Assembly (NCBI RefSeq): GCF_964355755.1
Contig: NC_092672.1
Coordinates: 20,969,237-21,033,236, forward strand
DNA: 64,000 bases
Source of the DNA: Antedon mediterranea
Taxonomy: Eukaryota; Animalia; Echinodermata
Reading direction: 5' to 3'
In this document: positions 12,452-27,300 of the stretch, in pieces
Layout: each line of letters starts with the position of its first letter
Numbering within the stretch: the stretch's first letter is position 1
Program-made: the position numbers and the translations under genes
The notes under the pieces: generated by a model
The model's database searches: none
What the model saw: only the letters and a program-made list of their open reading frames with translations
What the model was told of the DNA's origin: nothing

Positions 12452-15226
12452 TTTTTTTCAGTACACACAATATGTTACATTTATTGTACCTGGCTTGCCT
12501 ACCACAAGTGTCAATTAGACTTAGAGTAATCCAATTGATGTATAACTTCTAGCTTCTTCTTTTTAGCATTTTTAAAAAATTTGTTTATTTTTTGAAGCAG
12601 GATTATATTTATTATTTATTTTAATTATTTATTTTTGTCAAATGTTAACGTTTTATTTGAAAGAAGAAGTAATAAATGTTACTTGAAATGAAATGAATTT
12701 ATAAATTACTATTAACTATTAGGAAAGAAATCAAATCAAATAGTTTATTCATATCAACGATATTGCAAAATTATTTATGGAGTATGAACAAATTATCTAT
12801 GTGTTAACTGTTTTTATTAACTTTTTTAAATTGTATTAATCTATTAATAAATTTTTCCTGTTATAATCTTTTGTGGTCATTTTTAGATTATATTTTGTAT
12901 TGTTTTTAATATGCACACATTATGTTTGTGAACAAGCTCTATTATAAAAATGATTTTATTACTATTATTATATTATAACTTATATTATCAAGGTTCTATC
13001 TTTTATTTTTAAATGAATCCCAAAAGTTTGAGACGTGACAGTCTGTAAAGCTGTGGACAGAGATAAAATCCTTTTTTTTGTATTATAAATAAAGCATGGC
13101 CTCCTGAGCTCCATTTGATTCTTTCAAAGTTAAAATAATATATATACTAAAAGGAAAATAATATGTGTTACTAAGTCACGTATCCATGGTGATTGTGATG
13201 ACAGGCCCAGACTCTATACTATACCTGATATTACGATACTATCTGAATTAATATTCAGCCAGTGTGCAAAAACTTCTGGATACTATTTAAGTTGATTATC
13301 AATGACTTAAACAATTTAGCTTTCCTATAATGCTAAGACCTTTTTAATGTTTATATAATGCTTTTTTTTTATAATTATAACTCTTTTTAATGTTTTATAT
13401 ACACATAATTATACATGGATAAAAAGGTTAAATAATACACGAAAAAAAAAAGGAAAAGGGAGAATTACGTTGGATAATAACAATTTAAACAGATTATAAA
13501 GATGCAATGTTTAGAACAACAACAAATATTGCGGATTGAATTGTGTCTTGTTGTGAATGAATGATTTTTGGTCTTTATTTTGAATATTATATTGATAAAG
13601 ATATACAACAATTACGAAAAAAGGAAGATTATATTGGATAACAATGATCAAATAGATTATGAAGATTGTATATTTATGACAACTACTGTATTACATATTA
13701 CTGATTAACTTGTATTAATCATGTCATTGAATGAATGAACAAAAGTGCTGGTTCAAGCCACAAAAGAGAGAAACAAAAGACAGTGCTAGAACCCTGGTGC
13801 ATTTAACATTGTGTTTAAGAGAATGACAAAGTTACATAAAGTATAAAATCATGAAAGAGTATAAGAGCATGATGTCAATACAGAGAAGAGATTAGTGGTT
13901 TTCTGTAGTTTGCAACGCCCTTTTCATTAATTGGGTACGTGTGATAATAGAACATTGTCACACATTGCATACAAAAACAAGTCATGATATTATTTTATGC
14001 TCACAAAACTGAATTCAGAAGAACATCAAACATATATTTATGAACAAAACTGAAAAAATGAATTAGTAGTTTCTATAATTATTAAATTGCTAAAAAAAAA
14101 TAATATGGGATTTACACTACCCATCTGAATATACATACACCTTAATCTGAATACCTTATTCAACATGAATGGAGTGTTTAAACAGCGCATAATACTATGC
14201 CTTTGTAGATTCATTCCATAATATAGTTTCATTCCATTAAAACTACAATAGTAACATTATCGTATAACCTATATAACCTACCACTTTTTTTAATAGAATA
14301 AACCGAATGCTATCATCTCTTTAACTATTGAATACACAATAACATCTACCCGTCTATGATAGTGCAGCGTGTCAATCACAGCTAAAGACACCAGTTGTAC
14401 ACCTTTGTGTCTTCTTATCCAATGCATTCCAACACAATGCTGCTCAGACACCACCTATAATATTCTACTTGAGTTTGCTAGATCATCATATAAAAGTGCA
14501 TTATGATGGGATCAGATTGTTTTTATATAATTGTCCTTTATTAATAATTATAATATTGACAACCATTCTGATGTTTGTTCATGGTTGTGCAGAGCCATGA
14601 TAAATACAATTGTCACAGCTTGAATAAGGTAACAGGGAGAAAATTAAATGAAAACCTTTCTCAATAATATTTCAAATGCTGGATTATAATGAGTTTTTAA
14701 TATTGAATGTGTCCATATAATTTATTGTTTGTCAAGTAGGTCTTTGCCACACTAATGTTTAATGTGAAATGGTTAAATGTATTCAGAGTGAGATTTGCCA
14801 ATGTAAATTATCTTAATTAAAATCATTTACATTAAAATCTTTTAATTGTATTTATATTACATTTTATCAATTTTAAGTGCTGTTCTTATATTTATAAAAC
14901 TTCATCAAAAGTTTTACAATGGTCATATCAGTTGTGTTTTATATTACCTATAACATATTAATACCAACATATATAGATAGTTACAATATAATAGTGCATA
15001 TAATTGCACAATAAACATTAAAATATTAATATAATTATATGGTGAATATTCAATAATGGTCACTGTGTAAACTTTTTATTATGATCATGATTAAATAAAA
15101 TAATAACAATATCTATATTGAAAAATATTTTTAATTACACCACAATTATTTATGGTCATGCTTCTACTGTGCATTGCTAAAGAGGTTTGTTATAGTTGTA
15201 TGACATATTATAATCTAATTTGTTAG

Positions 15227-15325
15227 GATGGAAATTCACCACACTTGTTAGCTGCAGCCAATGGTCACACTGCATGCTGTATGACATTAGTTGATGCTGG
15301 TTGTAATGTGAACCAGCAAAACAAT
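15227..15325 (+). CDS. ROCO exon, ankyrin repeat (99 nt, phase 0-0)
   Basis: tgttag|...|gtaagt; DGNSPHLLAAANGHTACCMTLVDAGCNVNQQNN. Confidence 0.85.
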
Positions 15326-18300
15326 GTAAGTTGTATACACAGTCTATCTAGTAATTTCATATAATTATGCATGTATTATTGCATCGTATTGTAAATATCA
15401 CAGTGTATGCAGGTATATTACACAATACTGTGAGGATTATACTATTTGCTGCACCTACCCCCTCACCCTTTCGCTCCATCACTAGGACAGAATAATCTGG
15501 ATTTTTTTTTTACCATATTATAATCCAAGTTGATCAGCTACCACCATTCAATCCTGAATGTTAAATGTTCTTTAGGCCTATATTTGTTATCCTCAGTTTA
15601 GTGCATTCTATTTGTGTACCACACTCTATGCAAACTTCCTATATCTGTACCTGACTGGTGCCATGATATTATTGTAGGTATTATTGATTCCACTGTAAAT
15701 TCACCAACCTATTTATAGAATCTTAAAGCAAAAAGTATATAAAACCTTAGAGATATTGAGATAAAACCAAATGTTTTATCTTTTGATTCAAAAAGATTTG
15801 ATGTAAAATAGTTTAAAAAGCTGACAAGAAGCTTTTATATTAGCATTATAATGAATAAAATTGTAAAGTGAATCAATCATAAAGTATTAAAACTGATATC
15901 CAAGTATACCATTTTTATCGTCTGCAATTTGCAAAGTATATTGAAATTTCACTAAAGAACTTTGTCCTTTAAATGAAAAGGTTTTTTCTCTCCAGATACC
16001 TTGCTAAATAAATATGCTCTTTTTGTATTCAGTAAATATAATCAATCAATATAATCAATCAAATGATAGATAAGTAATGGTAAACATTCAGTAGGTTTTG
16101 ATTATATCATTTATAAATCATCCATGTTTCGTAAATGAAATTGGAGAGTTTTTACTAAAGGGTTGTATGTACAATCAAAATATAATATTCACAGTATTAG
16201 TACAGCTTGTGCACTTTGTTTTTTTTCACTTTTTTTCAAGAATGGAGACAATGCTCTGCATTTAATTGCACAAGGAAACCTTACTTATGAAGAACACAAA
16301 AATGCCTTTGTGTTCTTCATAAAGGAAGGACGTATAGACATTAGCAAGAAAAATAAGGTTAGTCTGTTATTAAGTAGGCCTACTACAAACAATGCAATTA
16401 TTTTAATAATAAAGTTTAGTTCTATTCTTTTTTTTTTAAAGTTATTTAAAATATAACCAATAGAAACAAAAAGGTTTATTATTATTATCTGTTGATATCA
16501 AGTTTGTGGTACACCATGTTTATTAGTTCTGAAAAGAACTGTTGAGTTTCTCAACGTTTCGATCAATATGCTTTGATCGTCCTCAGGAGAATTATCGTTG
16601 AAAATATTACAGGTGGCTACTTTCTTCTTGTCTGACCCTCGAGCAGCCTATCCACCTCCTCACATGTACCTGTATATTTGTTTAAAGGAATGATTAATTA
16701 CAGAAATATAAAATGAATATAGTATATATTTATATTTTTTATGGTAACATTTCTTTTTTATTTTCCATTACAGTATTCACATTGTATTGTTAAATTGTAA
16801 ATCTAAATTGAATTGTTTAAACAGCATGCTTCCATTATTTTTACTTTTAGTTTCATATTTTACTGTATACTGAAGTATATGTTATACAATTAAATACATA
16901 TAATATAATTATTGAAACTATACATTAAGTATTTGTTCTATATTTCTTTAAATTATAGTTGTTGACATGTCATTTGATATTAAATTTATTTATCTTCTCA
17001 GTTGCTCGTCATTAATATTTATTTCAGTTGCAGGTTACTTTTGGACTATTAGTAAGCTACATGATATAGACCAAAAATGATTTATTTTCAGAGCATGTAT
17101 TTAATTAGTTTAGATCTAATGGCATGTGTGGTTATTATATGGCTTCTGAAATGATTTTGGCCCAAAAACCCCATAAATATTTTATTTCAGCTGATTTCAC
17201 ATCGTGCTTTGGATTAACGTGTCCGGCACCCTGGGAAAAATATCGTGGAAAACGGGTTTAGTGATATTAATGCATAAAATTGCACTGAGTGGAAGTAGAT
17301 TTAGTCCAGTGGCATATTTTTTCCAAGATATGGCCAATAGTAAAGTTATTGACCTTTGAAATATCTGGAATTTGCATAACTATTATGAAATATATTTGTC
17401 ATAATTTGATTTTTTTAATGGCCAGGGTTATTTTACCTATTAGTATTATTTAGTTTGGCTTATCTTTTGGTTTAGTATGTTCTTGCAAATTATGAAATTA
17501 AGCTGAATTTAAAATTTTTTTTTAAAAGAGTAGCTGAGAGATTTATCATAACTTATGCTTATACCTAGAATTGCTAATATTGTTATTTTAAATCACAAAC
17601 ACTTTGATTGTCAGAATGGAAAGTCTGCATCTGATATCTATAATGAAAATGTGTGCGATAAATACGATGGTGAACAGAAAAAAACAGAAATACTTGCAAT
17701 TTTGAATGGTAAGTTAAAAAACACATTGTGCCTCAAATAAAAGCATGAACTTCTAAAAATAGAATTAATGATCACTTTTTATCCTGTAGTATTTGTAGCC
17801 AGTCATATAATCAAACAAATTAAAAAATATGATTTATAAAAAAAAAGTAGATTTATTCAAATAGCGGCTCATCTCAACTACTGTTGGTACAGGGTATGTT
17901 CAGACTCACAGCGTTAGGTTTGTTTTCTAACACAAGGCGTACGGTACTTCATGGCATGGAAATGTGTAATATGATTTCAGTTGTGCATTTTATCCTGTCT
18001 TTCATTTTGTGTGCTACTAATTCTGTTATAAATATCTACATGTTGGTCCCAAAGGTAATTTAAAAATATGTTTGTCCTTTATATCCTACATTATTTCCAA
18101 TCTGTAATTCTGCACTAAAAAGCTTGATATACACATTCATTTTATTTGTTTAGGTGGACCTTTACCTTACATCGAAATGACATCGTCAGGTATGAATATT
18201 CTCCAATTTCAATGCCCCACAATAGTGCTATTGTTTCCAATAAAAAAAAGGAATTAAAACATTAATATTGGTCTATAACATTAGGTATCTGTTATGTTCT

Positions 18301-21300
18301 ATTTGTTATGGAGAAGTTTGGTATTCACAATATCTATAAAATAAACTGCTTGTAAAAATGATTTAAATGTTAATATACATTTAAGAAATAAAAAGGAGTT
18401 TAGCGTGATTGAACTATTATTTTATTTACAAATTATAAAACAACTATAGACAAAGTCAACATTTCACAAAATTACATTTGGGTAATTTAGATCTAGAAAT
18501 TAGATTAGAACATTTTATAAACAGTATAATATATTATCTTATTTTATTTAGATATTACAAACAAAGAATTAATATACATTGCCCATAACACCTACAGTAA
18601 ATGGGAACTAATAGCAGCTAATCTTGGAATGACACAAGAAGATATAAATTCATTTAAACTACCAGATAAAAACAACGATAAAAGGACTTATGACATGTTG
18701 AATGCATGGCAGGCTAAGGTTACTAAGAAGTCCATGCGTTTAGAACTTGTTGCAGCTCTCAGGAAAGCTGAGGAAAATGATGTGGCTGATAAAATTGAAA
18801 GTAAGTAAATAAAACCATAAGATAGCCTTCAGAATGACTGAACTCTCTCATTTATAAGGTTCTTAAAGGCTTTGTAACAATATTCGGTGTGTTTATAATA
18901 ATAAATGAAAACACTTTTGAATATGCAGAAATGTCCAAGTCTAATTTCTGGTCGCATTTGTGAGCATCGGCTTATAAGCTTAAGTGTTGGCATATATCTT
19001 TAGTACCACATATTTATCAAACCAATTGTTATAAAATCTTTGCATTTGATGAAAATCTATCATCTGTTTTTCGTGAGGGATTGCTGAAGTATTTTATTCT
19101 ATATACATTATATCTTCATCTTTGTACTCTGCTATTATCACCTTAATTTATTTAAGTAATGATTGAGTCATAAGACAGTCTTAGTGCATATTAAACTGTT
19201 CAATTTATAAAGAGTATAGTTGCTATCCTGTAGTATACAAACAAACAGGAAGTTATACAAATAGTTATTTTACCTTTTATTGTGTTTTTAAGATGTGCAT
19301 GTTCCAGAGGAGATATTGGCACGAGGACCTGATGCGGTGAAAGCATTTCAAAATGCACTTGAAGAAGGACAAACAGAGTTTAATCAAGGAAGAACTATTT
19401 TTGTAGGACTTGAGAATGTGGGAAAAACATCTACTATCAATTCTCTTTTAAGAAAAGAGTAAGCATACTTTATATCAACTATTACATTTAACCACTTAAA
19501 CTGTTACATACAGTTGTTAAGTGGATCAATTACAAGAATAACCCATACATTTTTTCTGAATAGTTTAATTTATTTCACCATAAAATAATATCAAAATACA
19601 TAGCAATTATTAATGAGAGTGACCATCAAAGCAAAGCTCGTATTCCAGTCACCCATACACATAGCTAGCCAATGGCTTAAATATCTTATTTTATTGGGAT
19701 CCTTATAAGTAATCTAAACATAAATAATCTAAATATCACAATGTAAAAGAGTAAGAATATAGGTGATTAAAATTTACTATTATTAAAATTGTTGTTTGAT
19801 TAAAGTATTTGGCCCTTTAGTGTTCTGGGTATGTTGAGGGTTTAAAACAAGATTTTAATGCAACGTAAAAACAATGTAATTGCAGTATACCATCAAATTA
19901 TTTTCTGTTTTATTATTAATGCAAACATTCTTTTATAATTATATAATGTTATTTTGTCAGGTTTAATCCATTGCATATAATAACAGATGCAATGGTTAAA
20001 ACAACGGTGTGTACACCAGATGCCAGTAACAAAGAAATGTTGAAAGAAACAACGCAGGATATTTGTAAGTATTCACTTTATTCAGATACATGCTACAACC
20101 AAAATAGATGATTTATTTACATTTTTTAATTTATTTTTTATTATTATTTAGGCAAATTGCCAAGGATAACCATAAGTGAATTAATTCACTATCCTTCTTA
20201 AATGTAACAATCATGTTCACAAGACAAACATACACAAGATGCTCTACATAAACAAAGTCTTATTACAAGTCTTTGGGAGTGGAGTTGTAATTTGTCAGTA
20301 GAAAAAATGCTGACATATGACAGGATTTGAACCCAGGACCCTTGAATTGGTAGCCAAGCATCATAACCACCAAGCCACAACTCCACTCCAAATTTAAAAG
20401 TCACCCTGACTCATGCACTGTCATATCACAACTTGTTTTTTATTTTTTTACCAATTAATTGTTGTCCTTATATCATGTCATTGTAAATCAATTTAATAGA
20501 CCTCTAGGTTTAATATTTGGGTGACAATTTGCGACTAGTTCTTGCACACAAATGACTTTGATATTTCATAAATGCATGGAGAAAACCACTACCATATAAA
20601 CATACAAGTTATTTAAATTCAATTTGAAGATAAATTAGTTTTTAAATTATTGCAACAACATCATAAAAATGGTTTCAAAGTTTCTATGCTTTTAAAAACC
20701 AATGTAACTGTGTAAGAAATAAAATAATATATACAGGATTTTATTAACATTTTTTAATTTAAAAGCTTTAGACATGTATCAGGATGCTGTCACTGATGTC
20801 ACAGTTAAACAAATGTTGAAAAGTCCACGCCATACAAAAGGATACACACCAAGAGCAGGACCATCGAAGCAGGAAACAAAATCTGGTAAAAGATTTTAAT
20901 TAAATTCAATTCAGTAATCTGCTGTAAAATAAATTAAAAAGTATAAATATAAAAGGCACAAAATACCAGTCAATATAAAATTGGTACAAAAGAGATTTTT
21001 AAAAATAAATTTAATATAGAAGTGGATAAAAAAGAGGTTTATACAGCATTTTGCTGTGATTACTGCTGTGACATTTGAATTCAAATAGAGAATACAAAAG
21101 ATACACATATTATAATGATGGCAAATTGGATCAGGTTGGAATCGTCAACAAATGATTCATTACACTAAACTTTGTTCTTGCCAAGTTAATTTGATTATAA
21201 AGCATGATGATGAATGCTAATACATTATTTATAACAAGATAGCATCTTTAATTATATCATCACATTTTTCAGATAGTAGACCTGAGAAAGAGAAAAACCC

Positions 21301-24227
21301 CACAGGAGCATCAACATCAAAACAGGAAGCCAAATTTGCTGAAACATCAACAAGTTCAAATCCAATGCCAAGTCCACAAAAAGAGAGTAAATATTTATTT
21401 TGAAATATGTTTGATTGTGCTGTTCATACATTTTAATGATATCAGAAATAAAGACTAAAGTGCTAAATATTGAAATGATTAAAGGAGCGGAAATTTAATC
21501 AAAATCATCAGTGTCTGCTAATAAACATATATTATCTTGCAAGTTACTTTGACAGTTAATACTAATATTTGTATATTGTATGACACTGCTGTGTAATCTA
21601 TTCAACTTGCAGTACAATGTGGTTAAATAAACTCATCACTAAACCATTGATTGGAAAGGATAAGGTTTAGAATACTTAAATATTGCATTGGAAATACTTT
21701 TTCTTTAAATAAAAAAGTTATAGTTGGTAATCACAATTGAGGAGACCTAATGCACGTTGTTGTATGTGTTATATATTTTATCACAACAGAACCAGTGTAT
21801 GAAGAAAAACCAGAAATTCCTAAAGGGTTCTTGAAGAAATTTGTAAGCAAACTTCGCTCTGCAAGAGAAGGTGGTGACTCTAAAGTGGATAGCAACAAGT
21901 TTGTTATGAATATCTGGGACTTTGGAGGTCAACCAATTTACCATGTGATACAACGGGTAAATTTTATTGGTGTATTTAATTTGTATTAATAGAGATTAGT
22001 TTTGCCGTCAATATTCAATATACATGCCTTCTTCTGAGGTTCTGTTAGTTTCAGTGTATACTTTGTCTTTTGGCCTTGTTACAATATCAGCACTGAAATC
22101 AAAAAGCTTGCTCACTTGATTTGAAGTTAAGAATCTACAATCTTCCTCCAAGGTATTACAAAAATGTGGATCTAATATAGTACAATATGTCAGTATCAGA
22201 TATAAAATACAATTATTATTATTATTACAATATTATAAATTATTTTATTCTTCATTTAATTGAATACAGTCAACTCAGTCTCTAGTCTCTAATTACCAGA
22301 AACCAAAACCAGACTTGAGGTCAAAAAAGATAAAATACATTTGGAATATCAGAATTTCTGTAAACCCAGACATTATTATGCCAGCCAAAGGGTGTCCAGT
22401 TTTGAGAGACTTTAAGTAAAATAGTATTCATTGATGTGTACCATAATGTAATATTAGCCTAGATGGATAACAAAGAGGGAGAGAGAGAGAGGAAGAATGG
22501 AATAAAATATTCATTATTTATTAAACCAATGATTAAGATTGTAAATGTTCCAAGGTGAACATGCAGTTTGTGAGGAAAACAATAAGTATCAAATAATCAG
22601 TTGTGCCAGTATCTGACACATGTGTATAAACATTTTGTAATATTGACTATTATGATTATGTTTACTAGATATTCATGGTATCTTATGCTGTTGTATGTGT
22701 GGTATTCAACATGAAGGAAGGTCTTAATGCCCCAGCTAAAGTTCTGGATCCAACAACTGTAAGTAGATTTTACAAATTTCAAATGTTTATGTACATGTTA
22801 TGTTATTCTTTACCTTAACACAAACTGTACAAATAGCAGATGCCTGATATATGATTGTTGTCATTTTCACTTCCATGATAGTGTTGTTTTTCTATATAAA
22901 TTTGTGCTGCTAATAATAATAGATAATTTTCCACAATGTTTCAAACTAGAATTTTAAGAATTTAAAATGTAAATTTTGTTCATTTTTTTTTGTTTAGGGA
23001 GAAATGTATGAACATCGAATGACAAATCTTGACTTCATTCTGTTTTGGATTCGTTCAGTTTTTGTAAATGTAAGAAAAGGACAAAATAACAAGATAATGC
23101 TAATTGGTACACATTATGAGAGCCTTGGTAAAACTGAACAAGAAAGACAACAAAGGGTACATACTGTATATCATCACATTTCCTTTTAAACAGTACAAAA
23201 TTGTATATTGTCATTAATTCATTGGAAACAATATGTAGTTTCATCACTAACATTAGCAATCATGTATGATTGTTTTATACGTCATGTCATGAGCATACTA
23301 CTGTACTGTGCTGGCTTATGATTAACTTAACTTAATTTTATTTGTCATTTGGATATAATAAAACAAATAAAAGGGTATACAAATATCTATGATTTAGCAA
23401 ACATTTTGAATTTGTTTTCTTATATTGGTATAATTATACAATGTATACTGGGTAAGTAAATACGTAACATAACTTAAATGAAACACTTTTTGCACTTTAC
23501 AAAAGGGGTTGGGGTTGGCTAAGCACACTCTAAATCTTCCCCTGACATAAGTATAATTCCAATATGATGTTATTTATTTTAGGTAAAAGAAATAGAGAAT
23601 ATACTTTGGAAAGCCCTGGAAGGAAAACCATTTGAGGACATGGTGTATCAAGGAGAGGTATTTACAATAGAAAACAGTGTCTCATTTGATAAGAGCGGTG
23701 CTTCTAAAATCATCCTCCAAATACAAGAATTAGTCCAGATGATGATTCTTACTTTTCCTATCAAATGGCTGCAAGTAATGCAGGAAATACAGCTAAGAAA
23801 AAAGGAAAAGGAAAGAAAAGGGGAAAAACTACTGTATCTACCAACGTCTGAGGTTAGAAATATATTTTTCTTTCTTTCAGCTTGATCTCAATTATATATA
23901 TTTACAGTTTAGTCATGTAAAACAATAACCAGTTACATTCGTTTAGACTAAATATTAGTTGAGGAAAATACATAGTTGATTGTTTAAAACAACTATCATT
24001 ATAACCATCTTTTAAAAGTGTATAGGAAACAAGTTGGCTTATTGTTGGTAGAAATTTTGCCCATGAGGGTATAATGTTAAACTTGCTTTATTTGTCAATG
24101 TTTATTGACTGTTTATGACGAATGTCATCGGTAACAGAACGGTGTAATTTTAGTTTTTTTTATTTTTATTTTTTTTAAATGTTATTTATTGTACATCCAA
24201 CAGTGTAAACACCAATTACAGGATGAA

Positions 24228-24318
<91 letters not shown>

Positions 24319-27300
24319 AACTATATAACAATTAGAATCATATTAATAACATTAATAAAATAATTTAAAATTTAAAATTATTTAAAATTATCTAACCAAC
24401 TTATGATAGACTTATGATAGACTTATGGTAGACAACATACCAAAATGCCATTGTAACATTGTTCAGAAATACAAAATGATTTAATAAGTTTCAAATTTCA
24501 ATTCTAACCCTTTCATGACTATGAAAAAAGATGTCCTTCTAGTAGCTTTTAGTATTATTTCCAATATGATGTTTAACAAACACAGTAGCACAAATTACAA
24601 TATTGGTTAAACTCCCAACTTTTAGAATTTAATTTTATTTAATTGTTATGTTTATTTGCTTTCTAGATAAATGATTTACTTGTCCGTTGTAAGATAATCA
24701 ATATCTAGAATTTTTACTCGATGGTATATAAAGTTGGTTCGTACTTTCGGTACTTATTTTAACCATCTGATGTAACCCTGTTTACTAATTAAATTAAGTT
24801 CGATAATTAGTTATTGACGATTACAACGAATTTAGGTTCAACGATTTGCCCCAAATAGGGGTGTTTTTTCCGATCGTGGTATACACTGTCTAATGAATGT
24901 CCATGGAAAAATACCCGCACACAATAATACGAGGATGCTTCGCATTTTCCTATCTCCTCCTACGATACTTATTTTTGATAGCTGAAAACCGGTTGAACAG
25001 CTCGAGTACAGCATCATAATGTTGAAGACAGGCCGATTTTCTTTAAAAAAATACTATTTTGATAGATTTAATATACATTTATACAACTGTTTTGATCTGC
25101 GATAAATGGTACATTCCAATCTCTGTTCCACAAGTGTCTATTCCCTCAGGCGTCGTAAAGACAAGTACCGTACAGTCATAACAGAAATTCGATCCATTTT
25201 ATCCAATCTGTGTGCTGCAGAGGTTGGATATAGGTTTTTTTTTAACGGATAATGAGCTAGCCTTTCCAGTCGCCGTCTATTAAATAATCATCTTTATTAT
25301 TGCAGTTAAACCACCACCCACACCACCACCCTCCCCCTCACTGGCATGAGTAGCGTTGTAAAGCCAGTAGAGGACAGGCCTACAGTACAAAGGATCACAT
25401 ACCCTAAACGCAGAACAACTTTGGTGGTTAGGAACCAACTTAAGTATGAATTGGATCTAAGAAACAATTGAAAACCATTAAGTTGAGTTAGATAATTTAA
25501 TATTTATTGACGATTAAATCGAATTTATGATTTGCCCCGTATAGGAGTGGTTTTCACAAATTGTTTTACATTATATAAACATATACAAGTCGTAGGATGT
25601 ATCGTTACATGTACTGTACTATTTCAATCGACTAGGACGGTGATAGTTTCAACAACGTATTACATCGCAATGTTTTACTGTGTTTAGTGGTATATTATTT
25701 GTAAAACATAAAACAATTAATATTTCGTTACTACATGGATAAAGAATATATTTAAAAATTGTTCCTCTTTGCACCCATCCTCTTTCCCATCCCTCAACCC
25801 TAATGTTACATACAAAACACAAATTAAGTTTGTTTAAATTTGACTTAAACAATTGGTCTCATTTTGTGACAAGTTTCTCTTTCGGAAGTAATTCCCAGGG
25901 TGCTAATTTTAGTTCAGTACAGAAATCACAGTGTCTATTTATTCGTTCCTGTAAACGACATGTATTATTGTCCTGCGGTACGTACATTTGAAATCGCCAG
26001 TTTTTTAACGCTGAAATTATTATGTATTCGAGAACCATCTGTGGGCACGACCTAGATGGTACGCGAGCGAAGCGAGCGTACCATCTAGTTATTTAAATTT
26101 ATCTAACCAACTTATGATAGACTTATGGTAGACAACATACCAAAATGCCATTGTAACATTGTTCAGAAATACAAAATGATTTAATAAGTTTCAAATTTCA
26201 ATTCTAACCCTTTCATGACTATGAAAAAAGATGTCCTTCTAGTAGCTTTTAGTATTATTTCCAATATGATGTTTAACAAACACAGTAGCACAAATTACAA
26301 TATTGGTTAAACTCCCAACTTTTAGAATTTAATTTTATTTAATTGTTATGTTTATATGCTTTCTAGATAAATGATTTACTTGTCCGTTGTAAGATAATCA
26401 ATAAGAAAGTGCTTCTTGAGTACTTACATGACATCGGCGAGATATTGTTCTACCCAGATGACAAGATCCTCAAAGAAATAATTGTAATAGATTTGATGGG
26501 AGTAGTTGACAAGTTTAAAACAATCATCACAGTTATTGATCCCAAGCTTCAGGTTAGTAATATATGCACTATACTTTTGTGAATAATCTGACATAAACAT
26601 TGTGATTATGTTTTTATGTGATGAATTTAGCTTCAAAATGTAATGTCTACCACAAAGAGAACTTTTTGTCCTGGAGCCTAATATATCCACTGTCACCATA
26701 ATGGAAGTTAATGAATTTTAAAATAGAATCAAATTTATTCAAATTTACACCTTGTTTAATTTTACTACTGTATATTCTAATACATAAAGCAAATATGCTT
26801 GTGCATTACAGTAGAACCCCTATTAAAGAGGACACCACATAATGTGGACCCAACAAAGTGTGATCCCTTTAATAGAGGTTAGTTGTAGAACCCCTATTAA
26901 AGAGGACACCACATAATGTGGACCCAACAAAGTGGAATCCCTTTAATAGAGGTTAGTTGTAGAACCCCTATTAAAGAGGACACCACATAATGTCGACCCA
27001 ACAAAGTGGGATCCCTTTAATAGAGGTTAGTTGTAGAACCCCTATTAAAGAGGACATCACATAATGTGGACCCAACAAAGTGTGATCCCTTTAATAGAGC
27101 TTAGTTGTAGAACCCCTATTAAAGAGGACACCACATAATGTGGACCCAACAAAGTGTGATCTCTTTAATAGAGCTTAGTTGTAGAACCCCTATTAAAGAG
27201 GACACCACATAATGTCGACCCAACAAAGTGGGATCCCTTTAATAGAGGTTAGTTGTAGAACCCTTATTAAAGAGGACACCACATAATGTGGACCCAACAA

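Noticed and set aside
13740-13980. Possible decayed zinc-finger fragment of a hAT-like transposase
   Set aside because: It needs several frameshifts to read and no TIRs were found; too weak to call.
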